DNA of 64,000 bases. Origin: a virus. The DNA lies in IMG/VR virus record IMGVR_UViG_3300037200_000088, positions 1 through 64,000 of that record; one strand, given 5' to 3'. Both the position numbers and the translations under genes were made by a program. Positions 46,186 to 55,040 of this stretch are shown piece after piece (within the stretch, counting starts at the first letter, position 1; the number at the start of each line of letters is the position of its first letter). Under the pieces are notes generated by a model. The model searched no databases and was not told where the DNA came from. It saw only the letters and a list, made by a program, of their open reading frames with translations.

Positions 46186-48066
46186 TCACACGTCCGGCTT
46201 CGATCCAACCGTATCCGGCGGCCGTATCGGTCGCGTCGGCGACTTTGGCATAGCCCCGGGAGCGCCCTTTGCCGGCCCTCCGGCGGGCGCCAGTTTGGCA
46301 AGCGCAGGATCGGCGTCAGGATCGCCCGGCAGCAGTTCGCCCGGCTCAGGCGCGTTCGCCTCGTCCTCCTCAGCCTCGGAGATCATCTCGTCTGTGATCC
46401 CTTCGCCAAAGCCAGAGACCGCCGAGGCGGCTCGGATCTCGCGAAGCGCCAAGGATTTCTTGATAATGTCCTCTGCGACCAGTGTCGCGGCCGTTGTCGC
46501 GATCTTGGCGGAGACGTCGGCCTTTTCGTTTTCGGTCTGCGGGAAGACGACCTCGGCTTTGGGATCGAGGTCTTGATAGGGCCCGTCGGTATCCTTGACG
46601 ACGCGCGCACGCTCTTCGGCCGACGACACCGCCTTCGCGCGCACCAGAATTTCGCCGGTTTCCGCGTTGGTCTTGCGGAGTTCGGCCTCTTCCTGCTCCG
46701 TCGCCTCGACCAGCTCGCCGAATTCGAAACCGATATGTGGGTCGACCTCGCCAAAGAGCGAAAGCTGAACTATGCGAAGCACGGTGGTCAGGTTGGGCCG
46801 AAAGAAGTGCTCTTGGTAGGCTTTGATGTGGTCGGCGAAGACCTGCAACTCGCCTTCGCTGCTGGCGTTCAGGCCAGAGGGCGTGATGCCAGTCAGCTTG
46901 ACCAGAGGGATACGCGAGACCGCCGCCATGTGCTCCTGGCTTTGGGCCTGCAAATGATCAAGAGTTCCGAGCGGCGCCGAGACGTTTTTGAAGTCTTCCT
47001 TTTCCTTGTCGATCCCCAGCACGCCGCGGTTGTCGCGGATCGCGTTGAACAAATCGAGCCGATTGAGGAACGTCGTGCCGGACCCACCGGCGAGAACATC
47101 GGTCGCGTTGGTCGACAGCACAAAGACGCTGAACGCCTTGATGATGTCGGTGACGCCCTGGCGCACGTCGAGCCAGTTGGTCACATACGGAATCGCCATC
47201 TGCGTCATCGACAGCCCGGCAAAGGCGTAGGCCGGCTTGAGGATATCTGGGACGTCGCGTCCGATAAAGGTCAACAGCCGAGTGCCGTGGACCATGCGGC
47301 CGAAGACGTACCAAACAAGCGGCTTATACCAATCGGCCTTGAGCGGGTTCGTCGAGTTATAGTTTTGCGGATAGATCCACATCGGCTCGATGACCCGCAT
47401 CGATTTCAGCGAGCCCTTGGCGATCTTCTCCTTGCTGACCTTATCGTCGCTCCCGTCGCCGATCGAGGTGCCGAGCTCGTCGCCGTCGTCATCGCCAAAG
47501 TCGAGAAACAAATGCGAGCGACCGAAAAACCCGTCCTGCAGCGCCGCCTCGCCGAAGCATTCGCGGACGCGCAGGCGTGTGAATTCCGCCTCGATCTTCT
47601 TGATCTTGTCGCCCTTGTCGCTGCCGTCGAGCGCTTTGATCGTGATCCACTTGCGGACCATCTCGGTAGCGATGACTTCCGAGATAATCCGATATTCGGC
47701 GCGCAACGCCAGAAGCGCGAGCGCCGCGAAGCCGGGGAACGCCTGCCCCTCCGCGTAGGCCCCACCGGGGTCGGCTAGGCCGGAGCGCAGCCAATCCTGG
47801 CTGCCAAAACTCGAGGCGTCGTCCATCGCCAGGACAGGATCGTCTTTCGGTACGACGCCAGGCGGTGGCTTATAGGGCGCGAAGGGATTGCGTGACGCGT
47901 TGAACTCGGCCGACAGTCGGCCCCGCCGCGGCGGCGGGATTCTGGCGCGCTGGACAGTCTCGGCCGAGACACCTGCCCTTGGTGCCTCCCTAGGAGGACC
48001 GGAGAGCGGCTTCGTCGGCGTTGCCGTCGTCCGGCCGCGCGATCGGGGCTGGAGGCTCTTTTTCAC
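46186..48066 (-). CDS. Portal protein (DUF1073-like)
   Basis: EM.RKWI, DGFFGR, IEP.W.YP..YN..NPL, IPLVKLTGITPSGLNASSEGE. Confidence 0.9.
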   Translation of the reverse strand: MKKSLQPRSRGRTTATPTKPLSGPPREAPRAGVSAETVQRARIPPPRRGRLSAEFNASRNPFAPYKPPPGVVPKDDPVLAMDDASSFGSQDWLRSGLADPGGAYAEGQAFPGFAALALLALRAEYRIISEVIATEMVRKWITIKALDGSDKGDKIKKIEAEFTRLRVRECFGEAALQDGFFGRSHLFLDFGDDDGDELGTSIGDGSDDKVSKEKIAKGSLKSMRVIEPMWIYPQNYNSTNPLKADWYKPLVWYVFGRMVHGTRLLTFIGRDVPDILKPAYAFAGLSMTQMAIPYVTNWLDVRQGVTDIIKAFSVFVLSTNATDVLAGGSGTTFLNRLDLFNAIRDNRGVLGIDKEKEDFKNVSAPLGTLDHLQAQSQEHMAAVSRIPLVKLTGITPSGLNASSEGELQVFADHIKAYQEHFFRPNLTTVLRIVQLSLFGEVDPHIGFEFGELVEATEQEEAELRKTNAETGEILVRAKAVSSAEERARVVKDTDGPYQDLDPKAEVVFPQTENEKADVSAKIATTAATLVAEDIIKKSLALREIRAASAVSGFGEGITDEMISEAEEDEANAPEPGELLPGDPDADPALAKLAPAGGPAKGAPGAMPKSPTRPIRPPDTVGSKPDV

Positions 48067-48074
48067 GCGGCCCC

Positions 48075-49694
48075 TTACCACCGGCGGCGCCGGTAACCGC
48101 CAACAGGCACACCCGCGAGGCGCAGCGTCTCAGCGCTGATTGCCATCGGCAAACTCAGCGGAGCAAGCCGGATCATCAGAGCGTCCGCGAGGTTTGGAGA
48201 CTTCGCACCATCGGGGGCCTTGTCGACGAGGATTTTACCCGCCGTGCTGATCGAATAAGTCGGCTGCGAAAGTTCCATGCAGAGTTTCGCAAGGTTTTTC
48301 AGACCTCTCGGAATCGAGATCAATTCATCGGCGCTGATGACCGCTTTTTCAACCACAGCGCGGTATGTTTTCTGAAACCTCACCCGCAGCGACCACCACG
48401 ACTGCGCCTTCAGATTGGCGAAGAAGTCTTCGTTCTTCCGCCCCTTCACGTCCTCATCCTCAGGGTGCATCACGCCAGCGGACCCGCGAAAGGACTGTAC
48501 ATCCAACTTCCTGTTTGGCCGGCTATCGTTGATGATTCGGGCATCGCCCCTTACCCCGGCCCCGAGCCCGTCGGCATCATATCGAAAGCCTGGATATCCT
48601 AGATCGTCGCAAAGCATGAACGCGCGTTGCACGGTCCCGAAGATATCGTCACCCTTTCCTGACCATTCCTCGATCGTCTCGACGACAACGCCATGCGCGC
48701 CGCAGAACGCGTTGAGGTCTTTCCCCTCATCCGCTACGTCCAGCGCGCCGAGTCTCGATCCTGTCGGCACGAAACCCAAAACGATATGAGCATCAATCGC
48801 GGCTTGAACCCATGCGCTCGGAATGAGGACGCCCTCAACCGAGGCGGAAAAGTCAATGTCGAGCTCTTGCGCGATCGTGACCGGGTCAAGCTGCGCACAC
48901 TGCTTCGCGTACCAATCCTCGTCTTTTCTAGGATCGTCCCGCCAATGAAAGCGGAATATTCTCTCCGCTGGCCACTCGGTCACCTTGCGATGAAACGGGT
49001 TGCCGATCCCGCGCGCGGTCGAGATATCGATGCGGCAATTCGTTGTCGAGGCGAGAGAGGCCTCTACCATCTCAGGGTGTTCAAGCGCCGATGACTCGTC
49101 TACGAAATAGATGGCGGACCTACCGCCGCGGCCGATATCGTCGCCACCCTCGCCTTGGATGACACTTCGCGTCTGCGGGAATTTGATCAGCCCGAAAGGC
49201 GCATCCTCCGACGTCCAACCGCCTCTGAACTCCGGCGGCAGCGTCGACATGAAGTACCGCGCCTTCCAAAAGAGCGAGTCAGGCTTTCCGATCTTGTCGA
49301 CGAGTTCCAACTTGCGAGAGCCGAAGCCGATCGTCAAACTTTCGTGGAAAAGGCATAGCGTGCACGATAGAGCAATGGCGAGCCAGGATACACCCGACTC
49401 TCGAGACTTCGGCGTCGCGCCAGGCCGGCGGGATCGCCAGCTTTCAAGTACCCAATCGACCCACTCGGTCTGCCGCGGAAACAGCACGAACGGGACGTCG
49501 GCGGGTAGCCCGATTTCCACATTACGCGGGTCGACGGTCGCGCCCCAATCCGAGATAAACTGCGCCGGATGGTCCCGGTAATACGCCTTCAGCGCTGGGA
49601 GACTTTTCGGGTCAGCCCGGATGCGTGATAGAGCCTGTAGGCGGTGATTGAAGACGGCGACATAGTCAGGAGACTTGAAGTCGAAGTCGATCAA
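48075..49694 (-). CDS. terL: Terminase large subunit
   Basis: KSRESGVSW Walker A, YFVDE Walker B, LDVADEG.D and SPNLAD nuclease motifs. Confidence 0.93.
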   Translation of the reverse strand: MIDFDFKSPDYVAVFNHRLQALSRIRADPKSLPALKAYYRDHPAQFISDWGATVDPRNVEIGLPADVPFVLFPRQTEWVDWVLESWRSRRPGATPKSRESGVSWLAIALSCTLCLFHESLTIGFGSRKLELVDKIGKPDSLFWKARYFMSTLPPEFRGGWTSEDAPFGLIKFPQTRSVIQGEGGDDIGRGGRSAIYFVDESSALEHPEMVEASLASTTNCRIDISTARGIGNPFHRKVTEWPAERIFRFHWRDDPRKDEDWYAKQCAQLDPVTIAQELDIDFSASVEGVLIPSAWVQAAIDAHIVLGFVPTGSRLGALDVADEGKDLNAFCGAHGVVVETIEEWSGKGDDIFGTVQRAFMLCDDLGYPGFRYDADGLGAGVRGDARIINDSRPNRKLDVQSFRGSAGVMHPEDEDVKGRKNEDFFANLKAQSWWSLRVRFQKTYRAVVEKAVISADELISIPRGLKNLAKLCMELSQPTYSISTAGKILVDKAPDGAKSPNLADALMIRLAPLSLPMAISAETLRLAGVPVGGYRRRRW

Positions 49695-49705
49695 GGAAGT
49701 CGGAC

Positions 49706-50233
49706 CTAATCCTCCGCACCGTTTATCAAACGCTGATACGCCTTAGCGGCTTCAACAGGGTCGGTTGTGGTAATGCCGACGGTCTGCATCGGACCGCCGT
49801 TCGGGCCGGAATGCTCGACCGCAACCTTCTCGCGCCACGCCTCTGGTCGGCGATTTGCAAGCCAATGCTTAGCCGCTCCTGGATCAGGCGGCACATGCTC
49901 AACGAGATCAGCGCGGACTATCTGGCCATTGTTTTGAAAGACTTTCTCGCTTTCAAAGCTGTAGCCGACCGCGCGCTGATACATCGCGCGCTCAACCCGA
50001 TTGTCCGCAGCCTCTTTTCCGACCACAGATGCATTACAAAAATCTTCATGTTCGATGCGCCACCGGTGGATAGTAACGGTAGAAACATTGAAGAAACCAG
50101 CTATTTCGTAGTCGGTTGCGCCAAGCTCGCACAGCTTGCGGATTTGCTCGACGAATTCCGGCCTGTAGCTCGTCGGCCTGCCGCGGCCTCGGGGCTCCTC
50201 GGCTTCCTGGAGGATAGGCTCGTCGGCGATCAC
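49706..50233 (-). CDS. terS: Terminase small subunit (start uncertain)
   Basis: GRPTSY, LGATD.EIA.FF.V...TI.RW, L..RAVGY, PPD..A...WL.NR. Confidence 0.9.
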   Translation of the reverse strand: MIADEPILQEAEEPRGRGRPTSYRPEFVEQIRKLCELGATDYEIAGFFNVSTVTIHRWRIEHEDFCNASVVGKEAADNRVERAMYQRAVGYSFESEKVFQNNGQIVRADLVEHVPPDPGAAKHWLANRRPEAWREKVAVEHSGPNGGPMQTVGITTTDPVEAAKAYQRLINGAED

Positions 50234-50327
50234 GCTTTGGCTTTCTGCAGGCGATGCCAAGTCGCCTTGCTGACACCCTCGGCCAGCCAAGGGGCAACGT
50301 CGTGCTTGCGAGGTCGGCTCAGCGTGG

Positions 50328-50927
50328 CTAGCCTTGGATCGCGAGAGGAAAAAACCGTCGATACCATGTCGCCTTACTCACCCCGACTTCATTCCACGGC
50401 ATTTCCTCATATTTGCGAGGGCGGCCGTTCTTGCGCTTCGGCGGCGGGAGGATCTCCCCCTCCAGCGGAAGCCGATGCTCATGCTCACGCATCGGAGGCC
50501 CAGCCATTGCGCGTTCGCCACCAACGATCGGCGCGACGCCATGATACGCCTCGACCAGGCGAGCCAGTTCTGGCGTTCGGCGAAACCATTCGCCGACCAT
50601 TCTTTGGGTCGCGAAAATAGCGTGAAAGGCCGTCTCAAGTCTTTGACTCCCCGGCGTCTTCGCGAGAACCTTGAGGCGCTCTGGATTGCCGGTTTGAATT
50701 TCCTTAACCCGCTGCTCGGGTGCCTTGGATGTGTATCCGATCTTGATCGGACCATCGGTGGCGCCGATGAAATAGACGTGGCCGATTTCCCGGTGCTCAG
50801 GCTGCAAAATCTCGACGTCATCGCCGCACCCACAGCATCTCAGGCAAGCAGATCGTTCAAAAATCTCGGTCAAGAAATCAGAGCCAGAACACCGCTTGCA
50901 CGTCATTTCTAGTTTCGCCATCACCAC
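50328..50927 (-). CDS. Zn-ribbon + GIY-YIG (T5orf172-like) + C-terminal HTH protein
   Basis: CxxC..CxxC; VYFI....IKIG...R..IQTGNP...E..FH...GEWF; PW..GVSKATWYRR. Confidence 0.8.
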   Translation of the reverse strand: MVMAKLEMTCKRCSGSDFLTEIFERSACLRCCGCGDDVEILQPEHREIGHVYFIGATDGPIKIGYTSKAPEQRVKEIQTGNPERLKVLAKTPGSQRLETAFHAIFATQRMVGEWFRRTPELARLVEAYHGVAPIVGGERAMAGPPMREHEHRLPLEGEILPPPKRKNGRPRKYEEMPWNEVGVSKATWYRRFFPLAIQG

Positions 50928-50984
50928 GAATCCCCTATGAGGGATATATGAGGGCGTCTATAGCACTTATGCGGGACGAATGGA

Positions 50985-51179
50985 ATGAGCGACGCGCAGT
51001 TTTCTGCCTTTGTCAACTACGCCCGCGACCGCCTCGGTTGGTCTCAGGCCGCGCTTGCGCGGCGCCTTGGATGCGGCCGAAATCAAATCACCGCTTGGCG
51101 AGTTGGCGGCTGTCCGCCTTACATTGCCCTCGCCTGCTCCGCACTCGTCTGTAAGCTTCCACCCCTTTACATGCCGTGA
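50985..51179 (+). CDS. Small XRE-family HTH protein
   Basis: LGWSQAALARRLG....ITAW..G..P.YIALAC. Confidence 0.75.
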   Translation: MSDAQFSAFVNYARDRLGWSQAALARRLGCGRNQITAWRVGGCPPYIALACSALVCKLPPLYMP

Positions 51180-51296
51180 GGCCGCGCGCTACGCCAGTCT
51201 TCACCTCTCGCGACGCGGGCCGGACCTGCTGAACGGGCTCGCGTTTCAGCTTCGGGTCGTGCGATTCGAAGGGGACGCCCGCAATTCGGATCATCC

Positions 51297-51401
51297 TTAC
51301 TTTGCCATCTCGTTAGAGAGATGCACGACCCATATCCATTCGGCTAGCCCAGCGACCATCAGCGCCGTGACAGCGCCAGCAGCGAAGCCCTTCCAGAACA
51401 T
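51297..51401 (-). CDS. 34-aa membrane peptide
   Basis: MFWKGFAAGAVTALMVAGLAEWIWVV; TGATG coupling. Confidence 0.45.
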   Translation of the reverse strand: MFWKGFAAGAVTALMVAGLAEWIWVVHLSNEMAK

Positions 51402-51616
51402 CACGGGATAGAACTCGGTGGATCGACCCGATCGACGAGCCAATGGATGCCCGCGACCGGTCCTTGAATTGCTCCTATCGCTACCGAAGCGACGGAAGGC
51501 CTACGGCCGCACAAAGAAATCGCGGCCCCCACAATCATCCATTCGAGAATGATCGCCGTCAAAGTCCACCACGAGGCCAAGAGCCCAGTGTGCGCCCCGG
51601 CAGGGACGCCGCGCAC
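51401..51616 (-). CDS. Small membrane protein (start uncertain)
   Basis: Hydrophobic ORF in chain of small genes. Confidence 0.45.
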   Translation of the reverse strand: MRGVPAGAHTGLLASWWTLTAIILEWMIVGAAISLCGRRPSVASVAIGAIQGPVAGIHWLVDRVDPPSSIP

Positions 51617-51744
51617 TCCGCCTCACGCCGCTCCTGCTGTTCCCGCTCGCGACGGCGGCGATCTTCCCAAGCCTCAGTGTTCGGCAGGATGCGAGCCGGA
51701 ACCGTCAGGCTGTAGACGGGGGGAGATCGGTATGCTCTTGCCAT
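51559..51744 (-). CDS. Hypothetical protein
   Basis: AGGA SD. Confidence 0.45.
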   Translation of the reverse strand: MARAYRSPPVYSLTVPARILPNTEAWEDRRRREREQQERREAECAASLPGRTLGSWPRGGL

Positions 51745-51757
51745 ATCCGGTTTCCTA

Positions 51758-51970
51758 TCAGACGACGCCGCGACTGTTCGCGTTCGCCGCGATAAACGCC
51801 TTGCCGGCGTCCGTGATGACGTAGCCAGCGCCGACGGCGCCAGAATCAGGCGCGATCAAGTTCATGCCGGCGAGCTTTGCGGTCGCGTCAGCATCGATCT
51901 TCTCGATCTTGGTGTCGTCGCCGCTCGCGGAATAGAGCATCGCCAGTTCGTATTCGCTCAGCATCGGCAT
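51758..51970 (-). CDS. Small winged-helix-like protein
   Basis: GAGG SD; L..M.LI.....Y.IT.AGK pattern. Confidence 0.6.
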   Translation of the reverse strand: MPMLSEYELAMLYSASGDDTKIEKIDADATAKLAGMNLIAPDSGAVGAGYVITDAGKAFIAANANSRGVV

Positions 51971-51980
51971 GGCTGGCCTC

Positions 51981-52271
51981 TCACGGCTTACGTCTCGATT
52001 TTGCAGGTTGAGCGCGCTCGCCCGTCAGCAGCCGAACTTTGAGCGCCTCGAACTCGCGGCGCAGTTTGCTAACTTCGTTAAGCGCGTTCTGCGCCGTGGC
52101 GTGCGCGATCGTCGCCTTGTCGAAGGCAGCAGCAGCGTCGCCGGGATGGTCTTTCACTTGATCCGCCACGGCGGTTTGACCGGCTCGCCCATGATCGCCA
52201 CGAGACAAGCAGCACAGCGCCAAGCCGATCAATACCGCTGCGGCAGCGTCAGTCGGCGGAAGGCTATCCAC
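51981..52271 (-). CDS. Hypothetical protein
   Basis: Coupled ORF, coiled-coil C-terminus. Confidence 0.55.
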   Translation of the reverse strand: MDSLPPTDAAAAVLIGLALCCLSRGDHGRAGQTAVADQVKDHPGDAAAAFDKATIAHATAQNALNEVSKLRREFEALKVRLLTGERAQPAKSRRKP

Positions 52272-52557
52272 GTTTGGCTCTCTTGCGCGTGGCGACGACC
52301 TTGGGCACCTTGGCCTCGCGCGGCGAGCCCTCTAGCGCGGTGATGCGCGCGACCAGTGCGGCCATTTCGGTGACGATTTTCTGGCCTAGCGTCTCAAGCG
52401 CGAGAATCTTGCGGCCGAGTGCCTTGATATCGTCGCTGGCCATCGCGAGCTGCGCGATCTCGCGGCGAGATTCCGGCGCCGCAGCGATCGGCGCGATCTT
52501 CAGCTTTGGGTCTTGCGGAGGTTCCGCGTGGCCGTATTGGCGGGCGGCGGAGGTCAC
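52264..52557 (-). CDS. Hypothetical coiled-coil protein
   Basis: GTGA coupling. Confidence 0.55.
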   Translation of the reverse strand: MTSAARQYGHAEPPQDPKLKIAPIAAAPESRREIAQLAMASDDIKALGRKILALETLGQKIVTEMAALVARITALEGSPREAKVPKVVATRKRAKRG

Positions 52558-52742
52558 TTTGGCTTGCCCCAGCACTCAACCGCCAGCTTTTCCGCGTTCA
52601 AGTCGCGCACCGCCTTGCAGGTCGCCTCATCCGGCATTTCGATTGTAACCGGGTAGGGTGTGAAGGGACATGTTGTCGTTGACGACGATGGGCACGGTCC
52701 ATGCTGCAGCATGACGACGATAACCCACGTAAGCTTGTCCAC
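52554..52742 (-). CDS. Small Cys-containing, possibly exported protein
   Basis: Hydrophobic N-terminus, 4 Cys. Confidence 0.55.
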   Translation of the reverse strand: MDKLTWVIVVMLQHGPCPSSSTTTCPFTPYPVTIEMPDEATCKAVRDLNAEKLAVECWGKPK

Positions 52743-52745
52743 GGC

Positions 52746-52988
52746 TTAGGTGACCGGTGGACGCGGGCCAGGTCCGGGGCCGAACCATCCACCGCCCCAA
52801 GTCCCGAGATAGCCGCCGAAGAAGCGCCACGCCATCAGAAGGATTATCAGGACGGCGAGGATCATCAGGCATTTCATGACCATCGCCGGGATGACAATCC
52901 CGAGTTCCCCCATGACCCACACGCAGAGGAAGAACAGCAGGGCGATTACGACCAGCGTAATTAGGAATCGAAACAGGGCCTCGACCAT
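52746..52988 (-). CDS. Two-TM membrane protein (holin candidate)
   Basis: AGGAG SD, two strong TMs, first gene after long intergenic region. Confidence 0.7.
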   Translation of the reverse strand: MVEALFRFLITLVVIALLFFLCVWVMGELGIVIPAMVMKCLMILAVLIILLMAWRFFGGYLGTWGGGWFGPGPGPRPPVT

Positions 52989-53165
52989 TTTTCGTCTCCT
53001 AGAGGCTCCGAGCGGGGCGACGCGCAACACGGCGGCGGGATGAAACCGCCAGCGCACTCTCCGAAGCGGCGGCGGCAACTTGCGTCACATCATTTTGCTC
53101 AACCGAGGGATATGATGGGACGGGCCTCTCAGCTTCAAGGTGTGGCGCTGCCCGTTCGGGCGAAT

Positions 53166-53406
53166 TGTCGCGCTTTCAGCCGTCGACAGACGCGCCTAGC
53201 GCGCTGGTTTCTAGATGTCGCCTCGCCGATCGAACACCAGAAAACGATCAGGTTGCGCGCCCCGCCTGCCGGCCGGGATGTACGAGCCGGATTATCGCAA
53301 CAGCGCGTCCAGCATATCAATTTCATGCCACAAATCAGGGGGCATTGTCGCCCCCCTTTTTGGCGCGCTGCGAGCGCCAGCGACAGGTTTCCCTTGTAAG
53401 TGTCGC
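53166..53406. promoter_or_regulatory. Cluster of five TGTCGC/GCGACA boxes in late-control intergenic region
   Basis: Copies at 53166, 53216, 53346, 53380 (inverted), 53401. Confidence 0.5.
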
Positions 53407-53420
53407 TACGAAATGAAAAA

Positions 53421-54218
53421 TCATTCGTCAGCATCGGTGGAAATGTGCTTCCCCGCCTCCCGAACAGCTATTCCAGCCCTGTTGAGCGCATCGGAAATAG
53501 TCGCTGCGGCCTCTTTCCGGCGCCTGTCGATGGCGTGCCAGCGGAAGTTGCGGCCCGGCATGACGTCCGGCCTACCGACCCTGACTTGTCGCTCGACAAT
53601 CGCCCCCTCCCTAACCGCGCGCGCGAATTGGATCGAAGCCCCGGCGCGGATGCGCGACACCTCGCCAGCCTCGGTTGACCTCGCCATCGCGACGTTTGCC
53701 CGCGCCACGATCTTTTGCGCCGCAGCCTGCGCGTCGTCGGTGTAAATCGTCACGATGTCGGGGATGTCCTCTTTCGCACGCTCGAGCATGGCGTCGGCGC
53801 GGATGCAGCGCTCGCGTATCGCCCGGCGCAGAGATCGCCGAAGCCCAAGGCATGCCGCCCATAGGCTGATGGCGTCGGCGACAAGCGGCTGGTCCGCAAG
53901 GTAGCGTGCGCACCAGTGAATCGCCTCTTCGCTGCGGCTGACCTCTTCTGCCGTCGGCGCGTTCGCCCGCCGCGTTACCCGCCGTTCCCATTCCTCCCGG
54001 GCGTCTAGCCACATTTGGAGCTCGCCGAGATCGGGGGCGTCGCGGAAGAATTCAGGCATCGAACTTCCGAACCCGGACGGCCAGATACGCATCGGCGTTC
54101 GGCGAAGCACGTCGTAGGACTCCACCATTCGGCGGCCGACGGCTTCAGGCGTCCAAAAGATCAGGCGCCCATCGCGATCGAAGGCGTTGGCGCGGTCGAG
54201 CAAATCCGGGTCGGTCAA
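53421..54218 (-). CDS. Putative late transcription regulator (DUF6362-like)
   Basis: WTPEAV..R..E...VL, P.G.GS.MP, PTAEEVSR.EEA..W; last gene before late intergenic region. Confidence 0.6.
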   Translation of the reverse strand: MTDPDLLDRANAFDRDGRLIFWTPEAVGRRMVESYDVLRRTPMRIWPSGFGSSMPEFFRDAPDLGELQMWLDAREEWERRVTRRANAPTAEEVSRSEEAIHWCARYLADQPLVADAISLWAACLGLRRSLRRAIRERCIRADAMLERAKEDIPDIVTIYTDDAQAAAQKIVARANVAMARSTEAGEVSRIRAGASIQFARAVREGAIVERQVRVGRPDVMPGRNFRWHAIDRRRKEAAATISDALNRAGIAVREAGKHISTDADE

Positions 54219-54973
54219 ACGAGCGCTCCAACAGTCGACGCGGACCAATCCCATTTGGCGAAGTCGGCCTTGATCTGTTCGTAATTGATGGGATGCTGAG
54301 CGCTGAAATTCGGGAAAGCTTCCCCCTTCACGTAGCCTTCCGTGGTCAACTTCAGCCATCCGAAAGCCGGGGACGTCCAACGCGTCGGATCAATGCCGGC
54401 CGCCTTGAAGTCGCGCCGCGTCACGGGCCGGCGCTCGAGCATGATCTCGATCTTGATCGCTCGGATTTTCCAGGACGTCAGTTGAACCGGAGCGGAGGAG
54501 CCGGCCGTGACATCGGGGACGTATTCGGGGAGGCGATGTCGGCGCGCCGGCGCCCATTCGTGCCAGGTTGGTGGTGCAATGCTGGCACCTGGGAGACGCG
54601 GGTTGTAGTCATAGGGCGCAAGGTCGCGCCCTCGCTCGTGGGGATTCCTGGATATAGTGATGATGCCGATGCCCAGCGCGGCGCAGATCGTCTCGAGTCC
54701 GTTCTGTGTCCCCCCGGCAGGAACCAAGACAGCGCGGAAGTCCGGTCCGAGACAACCGCCGCCCCAATAGCTCGGCAGCGCTTGGCAAACGACTTGCGTG
54801 TTGAGGCTGAGCTTCGCCTCGATGCCGAGTTGGGCGCCATCAGCGCGGACCGCCAAGATATCCCAGCCCTCCGTTTCGGGATAGAACGTCCAGGCGTCGC
54901 GCTCGCGCTTTGCAGCCGCCATGAAAGCGGCGCAGAGGTCGCTTTCCTTCGCGAATAGCTTCGCGGCTTTCAA
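54215..54973 (-). CDS. Hypothetical protein, possible PD-(D/E)xK fold
   Basis: YPETEGWDIL...GIEAKL; QLT.WKI.AIK. Confidence 0.7.
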   Translation of the reverse strand: MKAAKLFAKESDLCAAFMAAAKRERDAWTFYPETEGWDILAVRADGAQLGIEAKLSLNTQVVCQALPSYWGGGCLGPDFRAVLVPAGGTQNGLETICAALGIGIITISRNPHERGRDLAPYDYNPRLPGASIAPPTWHEWAPARRHRLPEYVPDVTAGSSAPVQLTSWKIRAIKIEIMLERRPVTRRDFKAAGIDPTRWTSPAFGWLKLTTEGYVKGEAFPNFSAQHPINYEQIKADFAKWDWSASTVGALV

Positions 54974-55040
54974 AACGCCAGCTCCAATTGCTTGCCGATC
55001 TCTTCCCGAGGCTCTCTGCGGTGTATGCCGTAGGAGAGAT

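Noticed and set aside
45772-47778. Long + strand ORFs opposite structural genes (also 15063-16064, 21040-21990, 24365-25279, 30869-32062)
   Set aside because: Antisense shadows of high-GC3 genes with no motifs or SD
46186-48066. Anti-CBASS (Acb1) function for the DUF1073 gene
   Set aside because: Position after terL and its motifs indicate the portal; no fused HxT/HxS phosphodiesterase domain is visible
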